Translations under genes and position numbers: made by a program
In this document: positions 9,097 through 19,148 of the stretch, in pieces
Layout of the letters: every line of letters begins with the position of its first letter
Position numbering within the stretch: position 1 is the first letter of the stretch
The notes under the pieces: model-generated
Databases searched by the model: none
What the model saw: the letters and a program-made list of their open reading frames with translations, nothing else
Told to the model about the DNA's origin: nothing
Source: Thermoplasmata archaeon
GTDB lineage: Archaea > Thermoplasmatota > Thermoplasmata > Lutacidiplasmatales > UBA184
Assembly (NCBI GenBank): GCA_050749465.1
Contig: JBOGRO010000050.1
Span: forward strand, 364 to 64,363
Reading direction: 5' to 3'
DNA length: 64,000 bases

Positions 9097-10006
9097 GCCT
9101 GTCGATCCCGGCGGCACGGTCTTCGGTCTCCTGGGACCGAACGGCGCGGGCAAGACGACGCTCATCAAGCTCCTCACGGGGATCAGCGACATCACGTCCG
9201 GGGAAGCGACCGTCGCCGGGTTCAACGTCCGGACGGAGTCGCTCAAGGTCCGAGCGCGGATTGGCTGGGTAGCGGCCGAGGTCATTCTGGATGACGACCT
9301 GACGGCGCGCGAGAACCTCTGGCTCCAGGCGAAACTTCAGTCCCTGAAGGAGTGGGAGCCCCGCGCCGACCTCCTGCTTCGGTATTTCTCGCTCTACGAC
9401 CGCGCCGGCGACAAGGTCAGCAAGTTCTCCACCGGGATGCGCAAGAAGCTCGAGATCGCGCTCGCCCTCCTGCACCAGCCCTCGGTGATCTTCATGGACG
9501 AGCCGACGATCGGGCTCGACGTCAGCACCCGGCGGATGCTCTGGGACATCGTGAGCGGGATCCACCGCGAGTTCGGCGTTACGGTCCTCCTCACGACGCA
9601 CTACATCGAGGAGGCCGACGCGCTCTGCGACCGGATCGCAATCATCGACCAGGGTCGCGTGATCGCCGAAGGGACGCCGTCGGAGCTCAAGAGCCGGGTC
9701 AAGGCCGACGTGGTCCAGCTCGAGACGTCGGAACCGATCGACGTGGCGCGGATCTCCCAGCTGGCGGGAGTTCTGGACGTCCGGGCCCAGGGCAACGACT
9801 AGGTCATCCGGGTCGCCTCCGCGGAGGCGACGCTCCCCGCCCTCCTCGGTTCGATCCGGACCGAGACCGTGCGGCGGGTCAGCATCGAAAAACCGAGCCT
9901 CGAGACGGTCTTCCTCGACCTGACCGGACACCGCCTCGGCCAGGACGACGAGCCGATGCGGGACATCCGGAAGTTCTACGCCCAGATGCGGCAGGTGCGC
10001 CGATGA
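9002..10006 (+). pseudogene. ABC transporter ATP-binding protein (DrrA/ABC-2 type), disrupted
   Basis: IEVRSLTKRYG..LDRVSLSIP is in frame 0 (9027-9108). Walker A GLLGPNGAGKTT, signature FSTGMRKKL, Walker B VIFMDEP and the H-loop TTHY are in frame 2. There is an in-frame TAG at 9800-9802 before the conserved C-terminal PSLETVFLDLTG. No in-frame start codon exists for the N-terminal piece. Confidence 0.8.
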
Positions 10007-10769
10007 GGAGCCAGTTCTCGGGACTCTACCTCCGCGAGATCTTGCGGACGTTCCGCAACCCGTTCGTCCTCCGGATCACGATCGTCCAGCCGTTCATGTG
10101 GCTCGCGTTCTTCGGCTCGAGCTTCGCGAACGCGACGGCCTCGGTGTTGCACGCGCTCGTCGGCGCGAACAGCTACATCGCTTTCCTGTTGCCGGGGACG
10201 CTCTCGACCTCGATGCTCTCGGTCGGGATGTTCGGCTCGATGAGCACGATCCAGGACAAGCGGTTCGGTTTCATGAGCGGATCCTGATCACCCCGACCTC
10301 GAAGGGCGTGATCTTCCTGTCGAAGGCGCTCGGCGGCGCGACGCGGGGGCTCGTCCAGTTCCCGATCATGATCGTCGCGGCGACCCTCTTCGGGGTCTCG
10401 TTCCACCTCTCGCCGATCGATTGGCTCGCGTGGGTCGCCGGCCTCTTTTCGCTCTCGATCGGTTTCGCGAGCCTCTTCCTCGCGATCACCGCTTCCTCGA
10501 CGGACTGGCAGACCCCGGGGGTGGTGTCGAACTTCATCACAATGCCGCTCATGTTCGCGAGCACTTCCTTGTTCAACGGCCAGTTCTTCCCGCCCTGGAT
10601 GCTCGCGATCTCGGCGGTCAACCCCATCACGTTCTCGGCGCTCCTCGGCCGCGCGTTCGTCCTCCAGACGACGGTCCCGTGGATCAACCTCGGCTATCTC
10701 GTGCTGTTCGCGGGCGTCATGCTCCTCCTCGGCTGGCAGGTGTCGGCCCGCGGGCTGAGGGTGGACTAG
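10003..10769 (+). pseudogene. ABC-2 type transporter permease, frameshifted
   Basis: N-terminus MRSQFSGLYLREILRTFRNPF..STIQDKRFGFM is in frame 1 up to about 10275. The remainder, ERILITPTSKGVIFLSKALGG plus the TM helices, is in frame 0. A single missing base lies near 10276 (atgGagcgg expected). Confidence 0.8.
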
Positions 10770-10784
10770 GCCGGCGTCGGAGCG

Positions 10785-13193
10785 TTAGCGGGGGGCCGCG
10801 GTCACCACGTAGTCCCGGCCCTCCCAGCGATCCTCGGCGGGCCAGTAGAAGGTGAACCGCCAGGACCGCCCGGCGCTCTCGAGGGGGAGCAGGTCGACGT
10901 AGTGCAGGCCGAGGCCGGTCTCCACGGAGTCGAGGTCGACCGGGTGCGCCCACTCGTCGTCGCTCGCGTGCAGGCGGAACGCGCGGTCGACGATCACGCG
11001 CACGGTCTCGTCGGGCGCCGCGGTCGAGGGCTGGCGCGCGAACTTCCAGACGGTGAAGGCCCGGCGAGGATTGCCGGGCGCGCCGTATCGGGCCTCGACG
11101 TCGGGGACCCGGTCGAAGAGGACCCCGTCCGTCACGGACCGCAGGAGCGTGATGTACTCCGCGTGCGCCCAGGCCAGCGGGGTCGCTGACTCGGTAGGCC
11201 GTCCGAACTCGAGGTGGAGGGCCGGGCGGTCGGCCTCGTCCCAGACCTGCTCGGGGAGCAGTCCGGTCGAGGTGGCGAATCGTTCGAGCGCCCGCAGATA
11301 CGGCTTCGGGTCGTGGCCGAGGGCGAACTCGTAGTGGCCGCGCTCCCCGGTGAGGAGCGGCCAGGCTCGCCCTCGCCCCCATCTCACGAACGGGCCGCCG
11401 TCGTCCCGGTCGCCGTAGCCGTCGTGGTTGTACCGTCGCCAGGCCGGGCCGAACGGCGTGTCGACCTGAAGCACCCGGTCGATCACGCGGACCGAGTCGA
11501 CGACGATGGGGTCGTCCGCGCGACGCACTCCGAAGCGGACCAGGTCGAGGAATCCGCCGTCGACGATCTCGCGGGCGGGAAACTCGTTCGGCGCTCCCGG
11601 GGGAAGGTTCGGAAGTCGGAGGGTCCCCATGTCCGGCCCTTCGTGGGGGTCCGGGTCGTCCACGCGCGCCGGTCGGATCCGTACGTAGTGGCGCGGGATG
11701 CCGGGCACGAGGGTGCCACTGTCGGTCACCGTCCACCGCTCGACGTGGCTTTCGAGGAAGTCGGCGTACTCCTGAACGAAGTCGGAGGTCGCGGAATCCC
11801 CGTGCCGGCGCGCCGCGGCGGCGGCGACCGTGAGCGCACTGATGCAGATGGCGAGCGTGGCGGGGGAGTACCCGCTCACCTCCTCCCAGCGGTCCTGCTG
11901 GGTCACCGGACTGTGCTCGATGAGGAATCGAGCCGCGAGCCGGATCATCGGGTACGGTTCGAACAGAGCCAATGCCTCGCCCTCGTAGACCCGCCGTGCG
12001 AGCAGGATCGGCAACGCGACCTCGTCGAGCTGCATGCCCTGCCAGTACGCGGTCCCGTCGACCCAGAAGTTCTGGGGGAACCCCCCGTCGGCGCGCTGGC
12101 GCGTCGCGAGATAGATGAGCGCGCGCAGCGGCGCGTCCGTCGACCCGGAGGCAGCGAGCCCGTTCGCCGTGTGGAAGAGATCGCGCGTCCAGACGAGGTG
12201 GTAGCCGCCGCGGTTCTCGTCGCCCGCCGCCGCCCCCCACGGGATCGAGAGGGAGGCGATGAATGCTCCCGGGTAGATCTTGTCCTCATGGGCGAGGAGG
12301 ATCGCGCGGCTCGCCCGGTAGAGCCGACCTCCGTCGCCGTGGGAGCCCGCGAGCGGCAGCTGGTGGGCGACCGTGCGGCCCCACTGCTCGAGAAAACGCC
12401 GATAGTGGACGTCGAAACCGGTTCCGAGCGACTGAACGAGGGTCGTCAGCGCGGCCGGGACGGTCTCGCCGAACGCCAGCCCGAGCGTGAACTCGGGCGC
12501 GTCGCGCACCGGGATCTCCCCGGTGAGGGCGACGTTGCCGTTCGGTGCTTGGTCGAAATCAAACGTCATGTCGAGGTGCTGCGACACGTCGGTCCAGCCG
12601 TCGCTCGTCCCCACATATCCGACCGACGCGCGGAGGAACCGCGCCGTGCACCCCAGCGCGAGCGCGACGCCGTTGTGTTGCGCCACGAGGACCGGCCGGT
12701 CCAGGATGGGCACGACCATCGCCGTGTTCCCCCAGCCGCCGACATCGAGATGCGGCGCCGCGAGGACGAAGAGTCGCAGCCGGTCGGCGAGACCCAGCGC
12801 TCGCGTCTCGACGCGGACGTGCTCGAGCAGGCACGGCAGGTGAGGGTCGCCGATCACGGTCTTGTGGATCCGGTACCGCCCCTCGGGGTCGTCAGAGCGG
12901 ATGCGGTAGCCGAGCGCGTGGTCGTTCGGCCGCTCGGTGACCGAGACGAGGTTCCGTTTCTCCTCGTGGAAGAACGTCTTCCCGTCCGTCAGGAGGAACT
13001 GCATGTCGCGCAGCTGCGGCCGGTCGATCGTCGGGAAGTACGTCTCGGTCACGATCCCTCGCCACAGGGTGTACCAGAGTCGAGAGTCCGCGGAGTAGGC
13101 GGTCCCGACGCCGTCCTTGTTACTGTGGGACCAGCGGGGCGTCATGCCCGGGGCGCCGAACGCAATGCGGTTTCCCCGGGGCGCGACGGTCAT
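10785..13193 (-). CDS. GH15-family glycoside hydrolase (glucoamylase/trehalase type)
   Basis: 802 aa. N-terminal beta-domain GAPGMTPRWSHSNKDGVGTA..LWYTLWRGIVTETYFP. The (alpha/alpha)6 catalytic region has GGYHLVWTRD, WEEVSGYSP and PEQVWD-type motifs. Confidence 0.9.
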   Translation of the reverse strand: MTVAPRGNRIAFGAPGMTPRWSHSNKDGVGTAYSADSRLWYTLWRGIVTETYFPTIDRPQLRDMQFLLTDGKTFFHEEKRNLVSVTERPNDHALGYRIRSDDPEGRYRIHKTVIGDPHLPCLLEHVRVETRALGLADRLRLFVLAAPHLDVGGWGNTAMVVPILDRPVLVAQHNGVALALGCTARFLRASVGYVGTSDGWTDVSQHLDMTFDFDQAPNGNVALTGEIPVRDAPEFTLGLAFGETVPAALTTLVQSLGTGFDVHYRRFLEQWGRTVAHQLPLAGSHGDGGRLYRASRAILLAHEDKIYPGAFIASLSIPWGAAAGDENRGGYHLVWTRDLFHTANGLAASGSTDAPLRALIYLATRQRADGGFPQNFWVDGTAYWQGMQLDEVALPILLARRVYEGEALALFEPYPMIRLAARFLIEHSPVTQQDRWEEVSGYSPATLAICISALTVAAAAARRHGDSATSDFVQEYADFLESHVERWTVTDSGTLVPGIPRHYVRIRPARVDDPDPHEGPDMGTLRLPNLPPGAPNEFPAREIVDGGFLDLVRFGVRRADDPIVVDSVRVIDRVLQVDTPFGPAWRRYNHDGYGDRDDGGPFVRWGRGRAWPLLTGERGHYEFALGHDPKPYLRALERFATSTGLLPEQVWDEADRPALHLEFGRPTESATPLAWAHAEYITLLRSVTDGVLFDRVPDVEARYGAPGNPRRAFTVWKFARQPSTAAPDETVRVIVDRAFRLHASDDEWAHPVDLDSVETGLGLHYVDLLPLESAGRSWRFTFYWPAEDRWEGRDYVVTAAPR

Positions 13194-13303
13194 CTCAGTT
13201 GGGACCGGTCGCGCACGGAACCCGTGGTCTTGAGGTTTCTCCGCGCGTCGCTCCGCGAGGCCGCGGGCACCGGACTTTTCTTCCGTCGCGCCTCGGGAGC
13301 GAC

Positions 13304-14158
13304 GTGGAACTCGGCCTCTTCGTGCTCCTCATCGCGCTGTTCGCGATCGCAGCGGGGTTCATCGGGTCGCTGACGGGCCTCGGCGGCGGGGTCGTCATGA
13401 TCCCGGTCCTGGTCGTGCTGTTCGGCGTGCCGTTCCCGATCGCGGTCGGCGCCGGGTCGATGACGATCCTCGCGACGTCGTCGACGACGGGCGCCGCGTA
13501 CGTCCGCGACCGCCTCACCGACATCCGGATCGGGATGTTCCTCGAGATCGCCACGGTGCCCGGCGCGCTGATCGGCGCGACCCTCACGGTCATCCTCACC
13601 CACGCGAACCTCGACAACGCGCTCCTCATCGCCCTCGGGTTCATCCTGCTCGCGATCGTCCCCGGCGCGATCGCCCGGCGCGGCCAGGAGCTGCCGACCG
13701 GTGTCGTGCCGGACTCCCGCTCGACCGCGCTCGGCCTCGCCGGCGAGTACCACGACGAGGCGCTCGGTCAGGAGGTCGCCTACCGCGCCGCCGATACGAG
13801 CCCGGCGCTCGGGGTGATGTTCGGCGCCGGCGTCGTTTCGGGGACGTTCGGGATCGGGGCCGGCGTGTTCAAGGTCCTCGCGCTCGAACGGTACCTCCGC
13901 CTGCCGATGAAGGTCTCGACCGCGACCAGCAACTTCATGATCGGCGTCACCGCCGCGGCGGGCGCGGGCGTGCTCCTCGCCGCGGGCTACGTGGACCCAC
14001 TGATCGCCGCGCCGGCAGCGATCGGCACCGTCGCGGGCGCGTACATCGGGAGCCGGCTCCTCCCCGGCCTCCGGAACCGAACCGTACGGCTCCTCTTCAT
14101 TCCGATCGTGGTGGCGCTCGCGATCGAGACGATCCTGCGCGGGTTGGGCCTACCTTGA
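13304..14158 (+). CDS. TauE/SafE (DUF81) family anion exporter membrane protein
   Basis: Repeated GxxGGG-type motif FIGSLTGLGGGVVMIP and multiple TM helices. Start set to GTG 13304 to avoid overlap with the GH15 start. Confidence 0.8.
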   Translation: MELGLFVLLIALFAIAAGFIGSLTGLGGGVVMIPVLVVLFGVPFPIAVGAGSMTILATSSTTGAAYVRDRLTDIRIGMFLEIATVPGALIGATLTVILTHANLDNALLIALGFILLAIVPGAIARRGQELPTGVVPDSRSTALGLAGEYHDEALGQEVAYRAADTSPALGVMFGAGVVSGTFGIGAGVFKVLALERYLRLPMKVSTATSNFMIGVTAAAGAGVLLAAGYVDPLIAAPAAIGTVAGAYIGSRLLPGLRNRTVRLLFIPIVVALAIETILRGLGLP

Positions 14159-14571
14159 CCGCCGCCGCCGCGCCGCCCCGATACCCGCATCCCGAGCTCC
14201 CGGAGTCGGCGTACCGCCGGATGACGCTCGTCCTCCGCGTCGGCCTGCTCGGCGCCGCCGGGATCGTGCTCGCCGCGCTCTTGGCCTACCTGGTCGAGAA
14301 CTCGAGCGCCTCGTCGTCGTCCACCTTCGCGTCGAACGCGGTGATCCCGTACCTCCATCCGGGGCACCTCGCCCACGGCCTCGCCCACGGCTCGCCCGAG
14401 GCCTACCTCCTCGTCGGGCTCTACGTCCTCATCGCGACCCCGATCGTGCGCGTACTCACGGGCGTCTACTACTTCGGGCGCGGCGGGGAGCGCGCGATGA
14501 CCTGGGTCACCACCGTGGTCTTCCTGCTCCTGCTCCTCGGCCTCTTCGTCATCGGGCCGTACGTTCACTGA
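14155..14571 (+). CDS. DUF1634-like small membrane protein (usual TauE partner)
   Basis: 138 aa with 3-4 TM helices. Its start overlaps the TauE stop. Confidence 0.6.
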   Translation: MTAAAAPPRYPHPELPESAYRRMTLVLRVGLLGAAGIVLAALLAYLVENSSASSSSTFASNAVIPYLHPGHLAHGLAHGSPEAYLLVGLYVLIATPIVRVLTGVYYFGRGGERAMTWVTTVVFLLLLLGLFVIGPYVH

Positions 14572-14609
14572 ACGAGCACCGGTCGAGGCGTCGTTCCGGC
14601 GGAGCGGGG

Positions 14610-15986
14610 TCAGCCCTTCCGGTCGAGCTCGGCCAGAGCGGTCCGCACCGCCGAGAGACCGGAATCCGCGAGCGCGCGCGCGCGGGCCGGGTCCTTCGAC
14701 TCCGCGAAGATCCGGAAGAGCGGTTCCGTGCCCGAGGGGCGTACCAGCATCCAGCCGCCGTCGCGGTAGACCTTGATCCCGTCGATCGTGACGACCCGCT
14801 CGCTGCCCGCTGTGAGCGCTTCGGTGACGCGCGCGAGGACCGGACCGCGGAGCGGCACCGGGCACGGAGCCTTCTCCTTGACCAGCGTATACCGGGGGAG
14901 GCCGACGAGCACCTCGGCGAGCCCCTCACCTTTCCGCGCGAGCAGGTCGAGCACGGCCGCCGCGGTCATCGCGCCATCGCGGGCGAGCTGGAACTCGGGG
15001 TGGATGAGTCCACCGTTCTCTTCGCCGCCGAAGACCCCCTTGCGAGCCTCGAGCTCGTGGGTCACGGACGGAGAGCCGATGCGGGTGTAGACGACGCTCC
15101 CGCCCAACGGGCGCACCGCGTCCTCCACGCTCTGCGATGCCGATACCGGCGTGACGACGACCCCCCCGTGGTGGCGCTCGACCGCGTCGCGGGCGAGCAG
15201 TGTGAGGATCTCCTCGCCGGGGACGAACCGACCCGAGGCATCGACGAACACCGCCCGGTCCGCGTCGCCGTCGTGGGCGATGCCCAGGTCGGCCCCGGCG
15301 GCGGGAACCATCCGTTTGAGGTCGGAGAGGTGGTCCTCGGTCGGTTCCGAAAGGTGACCCGGAAAGGTGCCGTCAATGTGCCCGTTGAGCGTCACGACGC
15401 GGCAGCCGAGCCGCCGCAAGAGGGCCGGGCTCGTCGGGATCGACGCGCCGTTCCCGCAGTCCAGCACGACCGAGTACCGGCGGGCACGGATCCGCTCCCC
15501 GTCGACCCGGGCCAGGATCCCGTCGACGTACCGGCGTGCCCCGTCGGTCCGCGGGGTGATCTCGCCCACTTGGTCGAACGGGACGGCGATTCCGCGGCCC
15601 GCGTCGACCGCCACCTCGATCGACTCTTCGGTCTCTCGGGCGACCTCGAGACCGTCCGCGGCGATGCACTTCAGACCGTTGAACTCGGGGGGATTGTGGG
15701 AGGCCGTGACGATGACCGCCATCTGCGCCTCGAGGCGAGGAACACTGTATTGGATCGCGGGGGTCGGGAGGACCCCGAGGTCGATCACGGGATGGCCCCC
15801 GAGCGAAAGCGTCGCGCAGACGATGCGAGAGAAGGCCGGGCTCGACGTCCGTCCGTCCTGACCGACGACGATCCGCGCGCCGGGCGGAGCGACCGCCGCG
15901 ATCGCGCCGGCGATGCGGGTGACGAACGGGGCCGTCAGCGTCGTGCCGACGACCTCGCGGATCCCGTTCGTACCGAAGAGCCGCAT
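14610..15986 (-). CDS. alpha-D-phosphohexomutase (phosphoglucosamine mutase / phosphomannomutase family)
   Basis: MRLFGTNGIRE start, active-site VTASHNP, metal-loop HDGDADR, and GEENGG. Confidence 0.9.
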   Translation of the reverse strand: MRLFGTNGIREVVGTTLTAPFVTRIAGAIAAVAPPGARIVVGQDGRTSSPAFSRIVCATLSLGGHPVIDLGVLPTPAIQYSVPRLEAQMAVIVTASHNPPEFNGLKCIAADGLEVARETEESIEVAVDAGRGIAVPFDQVGEITPRTDGARRYVDGILARVDGERIRARRYSVVLDCGNGASIPTSPALLRRLGCRVVTLNGHIDGTFPGHLSEPTEDHLSDLKRMVPAAGADLGIAHDGDADRAVFVDASGRFVPGEEILTLLARDAVERHHGGVVVTPVSASQSVEDAVRPLGGSVVYTRIGSPSVTHELEARKGVFGGEENGGLIHPEFQLARDGAMTAAAVLDLLARKGEGLAEVLVGLPRYTLVKEKAPCPVPLRGPVLARVTEALTAGSERVVTIDGIKVYRDGGWMLVRPSGTEPLFRIFAESKDPARARALADSGLSAVRTALAELDRKG

Positions 15987-16022
15987 CGCAGGCCTGCCGG
16001 GGGCGCCCGAGGCGGCGAGCGG

Positions 16023-16029
16023 TATATTA
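16023..16029. promoter_or_regulatory. TATA-like element in a divergent intergenic region
   Basis: TATATTA sits between the mutase start (15986) and the Mut7-C start (16079). A second GTAAATT at 16047-16053 lies 26-32 nt upstream of 16079. Confidence 0.4.
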
Positions 16030-16078
16030 CGGGCGTCAGGGCAACCGTAAATTCTCCGGACCCGCTCGCGCCCCCGCG

Positions 16079-16552
16079 ATGCCGCCCCGCTTGCTCGCCG
16101 ACGAGATGGTGGGGAGCCTCGCCCGCTGGCTCCGCATGATGGGGTGCGACACCGCCTACGCGCGGGGCTGGTCGGACGACGACCTCCTCCGGCGCGCGCG
16201 GCTCGATGGCCGCATCGTCCTCACCCGCGACCGGGAGCTGGCCCAGCGGGCCGACCGGGTCCTCCTGCTCGAGAGCCCGCGACTCGAAGACCAGGTCCGC
16301 GCGGTGTGGCTCGCGTTCGCCGACGTGCCCCGCGAGGTGCGGTTCGAGCGGTGCGCCCTCTGCAACGGAGTGCTCGCGCCGTACTCGGCGCCGAGTTCCC
16401 GGGCCGCGGACGACGGGATCCCCTGGGACCGGGTGGCCCGCGGTCTCCCGCTCTTCCGATGCCCGGAGTGTGGCCAGGTCTACTGGGAAGGCTCGCACAC
16501 GGAGGAGATCCGACGGCGCTTGCGCCGGTGGGCCGAGGCGCCCGCCGGATGA
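16079..16552 (+). CDS. Mut7-C RNase domain (DUF82, PIN-like plus Zn-ribbon) protein
   Basis: LLADEMVGSLARWLRMMGCDT..ILTRDREL plus C-terminal CxxC..CPECG. Confidence 0.8.
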   Translation: MPPRLLADEMVGSLARWLRMMGCDTAYARGWSDDDLLRRARLDGRIVLTRDRELAQRADRVLLLESPRLEDQVRAVWLAFADVPREVRFERCALCNGVLAPYSAPSSRAADDGIPWDRVARGLPLFRCPECGQVYWEGSHTEEIRRRLRRWAEAPAG

Positions 16553-17565
16553 TGCGGGCGTACGTCGAGCTCTCCGGAGAGAGCCGCGAGCTCGCGGCCG
16601 CCGAGTCGGCCGCCGCGAGCGAGGCCCTCGGCGGCCGGGCGGTCCCCGACCCGCGCTTCGACCGGTCCGGTCTCGTCGCGGTCGAGATGCCGGACGAGCC
16701 GTCCGTGCGCGCCCTCGCGGCGCGGATCGCCCTCGCGCGACGGTGCCTCCTCTCGCGGGGCACGGACGTCGCCGACGCCCTCGTTGGGGCCGCGAGCTCG
16801 GGCGGGTCCGCGGCGGTCCGGCGGCTCGGTCGACCGACGTCCGGGGGGGACGACCCGGCCCTGCTCTCGGCGGGGCGCGCCTACAAGGCCGGGGGAGGGA
16901 CGATCGACCTCGAGGAACCGTCGCGGCGATTTTGGCTCGTCCGGGAGACCGGGGGGAACGACTGTCTCTTCGAGGAGGTCGCGCGCGTCGACCGTCCCTC
17001 GGCGTCCGCTCGTCGGATGCCCGCGCTCCCGTTCCGGCGGCCCGTCAGTCTTCCCCCGCGACTCGCCCGCGCCGCGGCGAACCTCGCCCGGGTCCGGCCC
17101 GGTGACCGGGTCGTCGACCCGTTCCTCGGAACCGGGGCGCTGCTCGCCGAGGCCGGTCTGCTCGGTGCGCGGCTTTTCGGGATCGACCGGGACGCGGACA
17201 TGGTCCGGGGGGCGCTGAGGAACCTCGCGCACCTCGACGTCGTCGCGGACGAGCTGGTCGTCGGCGACGCGGGCGAAGCGGAGTTCGTGGACCCGACGGC
17301 CCCGTTCGACGCGGTCCTCACCGACCCGCCGTACGGGCGCGCCTCGAGTACCGGAGGGGAAGGGGCCGCCGCGGTCGTCGACCGGGTCCTCCCGCGGTGG
17401 GCGGCGCGAGTGCGTCCCGGCGGACGACTGGTCGTGGTCGTCTCGGCCCCCGTCCGCTCGCCGGGTCCGGAGTGGCGGTCGGTGGTCGCCGTGCCCGTGC
17501 GGGTCCACCGTAGTCTGACGCGAGAGTTCCGGGTCTACGAACGCGCGTCGGGTCAGGGCCAGTAG
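16549..17565 (+). CDS. THUMP-domain tRNA (guanine-N2) methyltransferase (Trm11/Trm-G10-like)
   Basis: ATG 16549 overlaps the previous stop (ATGATGA). SAM-binding VVDPFLGTGALLAEA and catalytic TDPPYG. Confidence 0.8.
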   Translation: MMRAYVELSGESRELAAAESAAASEALGGRAVPDPRFDRSGLVAVEMPDEPSVRALAARIALARRCLLSRGTDVADALVGAASSGGSAAVRRLGRPTSGGDDPALLSAGRAYKAGGGTIDLEEPSRRFWLVRETGGNDCLFEEVARVDRPSASARRMPALPFRRPVSLPPRLARAAANLARVRPGDRVVDPFLGTGALLAEAGLLGARLFGIDRDADMVRGALRNLAHLDVVADELVVGDAGEAEFVDPTAPFDAVLTDPPYGRASSTGGEGAAAVVDRVLPRWAARVRPGGRLVVVVSAPVRSPGPEWRSVVAVPVRVHRSLTREFRVYERASGQGQ

Positions 17566-19145
17566 GCCGTCAGCGTTGAGCTCGCGGTGCCCGCTCCGCT
17601 CGGCGCGCAGAACTCGGTCGCGGTCCAAGCGACCGTCGCGGTGAGGGTCGACTCCGTGTTCGAGAGCGTCACGACGATCCGGACCGAGTTCGCGCCGCCC
17701 ACGGCGGGGACGGTGACGAAATCCTCGGTCGGGTACGCCTCGTTGCCCGTGAGCGTGAGGGCCGTGCCGTTCGGCAGATGATAGACCCACGTCGCGTTCG
17801 CCGCCCAGGCGGCTAACCCCAGGCCGGTGAGGTACTCGGTCGAATTATTGACCCGTAAGGAGACGTTCTCGACCGTCGTCGCGAAGACGAATCCGTGCGG
17901 CTCCGGGTCGCCGTTCACGAGCTGAACGGTCAGGTTCGCCGCGACCGCGGCACCGGGCGGCGGGGTCGTCAAGGACGTCGCGACCGCGGAGGGGATGTGG
18001 ACGGTCCCGGGCGCGGTCGCGATCGGCGTCAAGGCGAATCCGGCGACGAGCACGACGCCGACGCAGATCCCGACCGCGACCCGTTTCGTGTCGAGCCGCG
18101 TCGCGTCGTTGAGCGGCGGGGGATGGCGGACGCCCAGGAACAATATGAGGAACGCGAAGATCAGCCAGCCGTAATAGAACAGGATCCCGATGATCAACAG
18201 GAAGCCGACGATCGCGTAGCTGAGGAACCGCGCGTTGTCCCCGAGGAGGGCGCGCCAGACGTGGCCGCCGTCGAGCTGGCTCGCGGGCAGGAGGTTGATC
18301 GCCGTGACGAAGATCCCGACCCAGCCCGCGAGCGCGAGCGGCGAGATCGCGACGAGCGACGGAGGGAAGAACAGCTGGAGGACCGACCAGAACGGCGGCG
18401 TCCCGATCAACAGATTCCCGTAGCTGACGCCCAGGATAGTGGGACCGCAGTAGCTCAGCGGCACGACCGGGGGGTGGAGGCCGAGGTAGAGGCCCACGAG
18501 GGCGATCGGGATGGACGCAGCGAAGCCGGCGAGCGGCCCGGCGGCGCCGATGTCGAAGAGCGCCTTGCGGTCCGGGAACGGCTCGCGGATCGAGATGAAC
18601 GCGCCGAACGTGCCGAAGAGGAACGGCGGCGGGATCGGGATGAAGTACGGGAGCGTCGCCTCGACGTGGTGGTGGCGCGCCACAAGGTAGTGAGCGAGCT
18701 CGTGCAATCCCAGGATCGTCATGACGGGGAGTCCGAAGTACAGCGCGCCGTAACCGAGGTCGCTCCATCCGAGGGTGGGCGCGCCCCCCCACGTGAGCCA
18801 GAGGAGGGAACCCGCGAACGCCGTCGTCCCGATCGTTCCGAGCAGGAGGAGGATGTTCACCCACAGCCGCGACCGACCGAGCGCCGGCCGGCGGACGACC
18901 TCGATGAACTCCTCGCCCCCGTGCCGACGCAGCAGCGGGACGTACTGGAGGGTCCAGAGTTCCCGGCGGAGCCGGTCGAACTTCGTCGCGAGGGTCGCGG
19001 GGTCGACGTGGACCGCGAGGAGGACCGACTGGGGTCCGACGCGGGTCTCGTAGACCGGGAAATACTGACTGACGATCGTGCGCAGCCGGTCGAGCTCGGT
19101 CGAGCCGCCGGCGGAGGTGAGAGGGCCGGAGCCCCGCGCCGCCAT
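17553..19145 (-). CDS. site-2 protease family (M50) membrane metalloprotease with C-terminal extracytoplasmic domain
   Basis: HELAHYLVARHH zinc motif inside a polytopic TM core, DIGAAGPLAGF, and a C-terminal Thr/Asn-rich beta domain. Confidence 0.8.
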   Translation of the reverse strand: MAARGSGPLTSAGGSTELDRLRTIVSQYFPVYETRVGPQSVLLAVHVDPATLATKFDRLRRELWTLQYVPLLRRHGGEEFIEVVRRPALGRSRLWVNILLLLGTIGTTAFAGSLLWLTWGGAPTLGWSDLGYGALYFGLPVMTILGLHELAHYLVARHHHVEATLPYFIPIPPPFLFGTFGAFISIREPFPDRKALFDIGAAGPLAGFAASIPIALVGLYLGLHPPVVPLSYCGPTILGVSYGNLLIGTPPFWSVLQLFFPPSLVAISPLALAGWVGIFVTAINLLPASQLDGGHVWRALLGDNARFLSYAIVGFLLIIGILFYYGWLIFAFLILFLGVRHPPPLNDATRLDTKRVAVGICVGVVLVAGFALTPIATAPGTVHIPSAVATSLTTPPPGAAVAANLTVQLVNGDPEPHGFVFATTVENVSLRVNNSTEYLTGLGLAAWAANATWVYHLPNGTALTLTGNEAYPTEDFVTVPAVGGANSVRIVVTLSNTESTLTATVAWTATEFCAPSGAGTASSTLTAYWP

Positions 19146-19148
19146 GCG

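Noticed and set aside
9800-9802. In-frame TAG in the ABC ATPase as possible pyrrolysine or readthrough
   Set aside because: TAG terminates many clearly complete genes in this window (for example at 5907-5909 and 6954-6956), and the same operon carries three frameshifts. A nonsense mutation in a pseudogene is the simpler reading.
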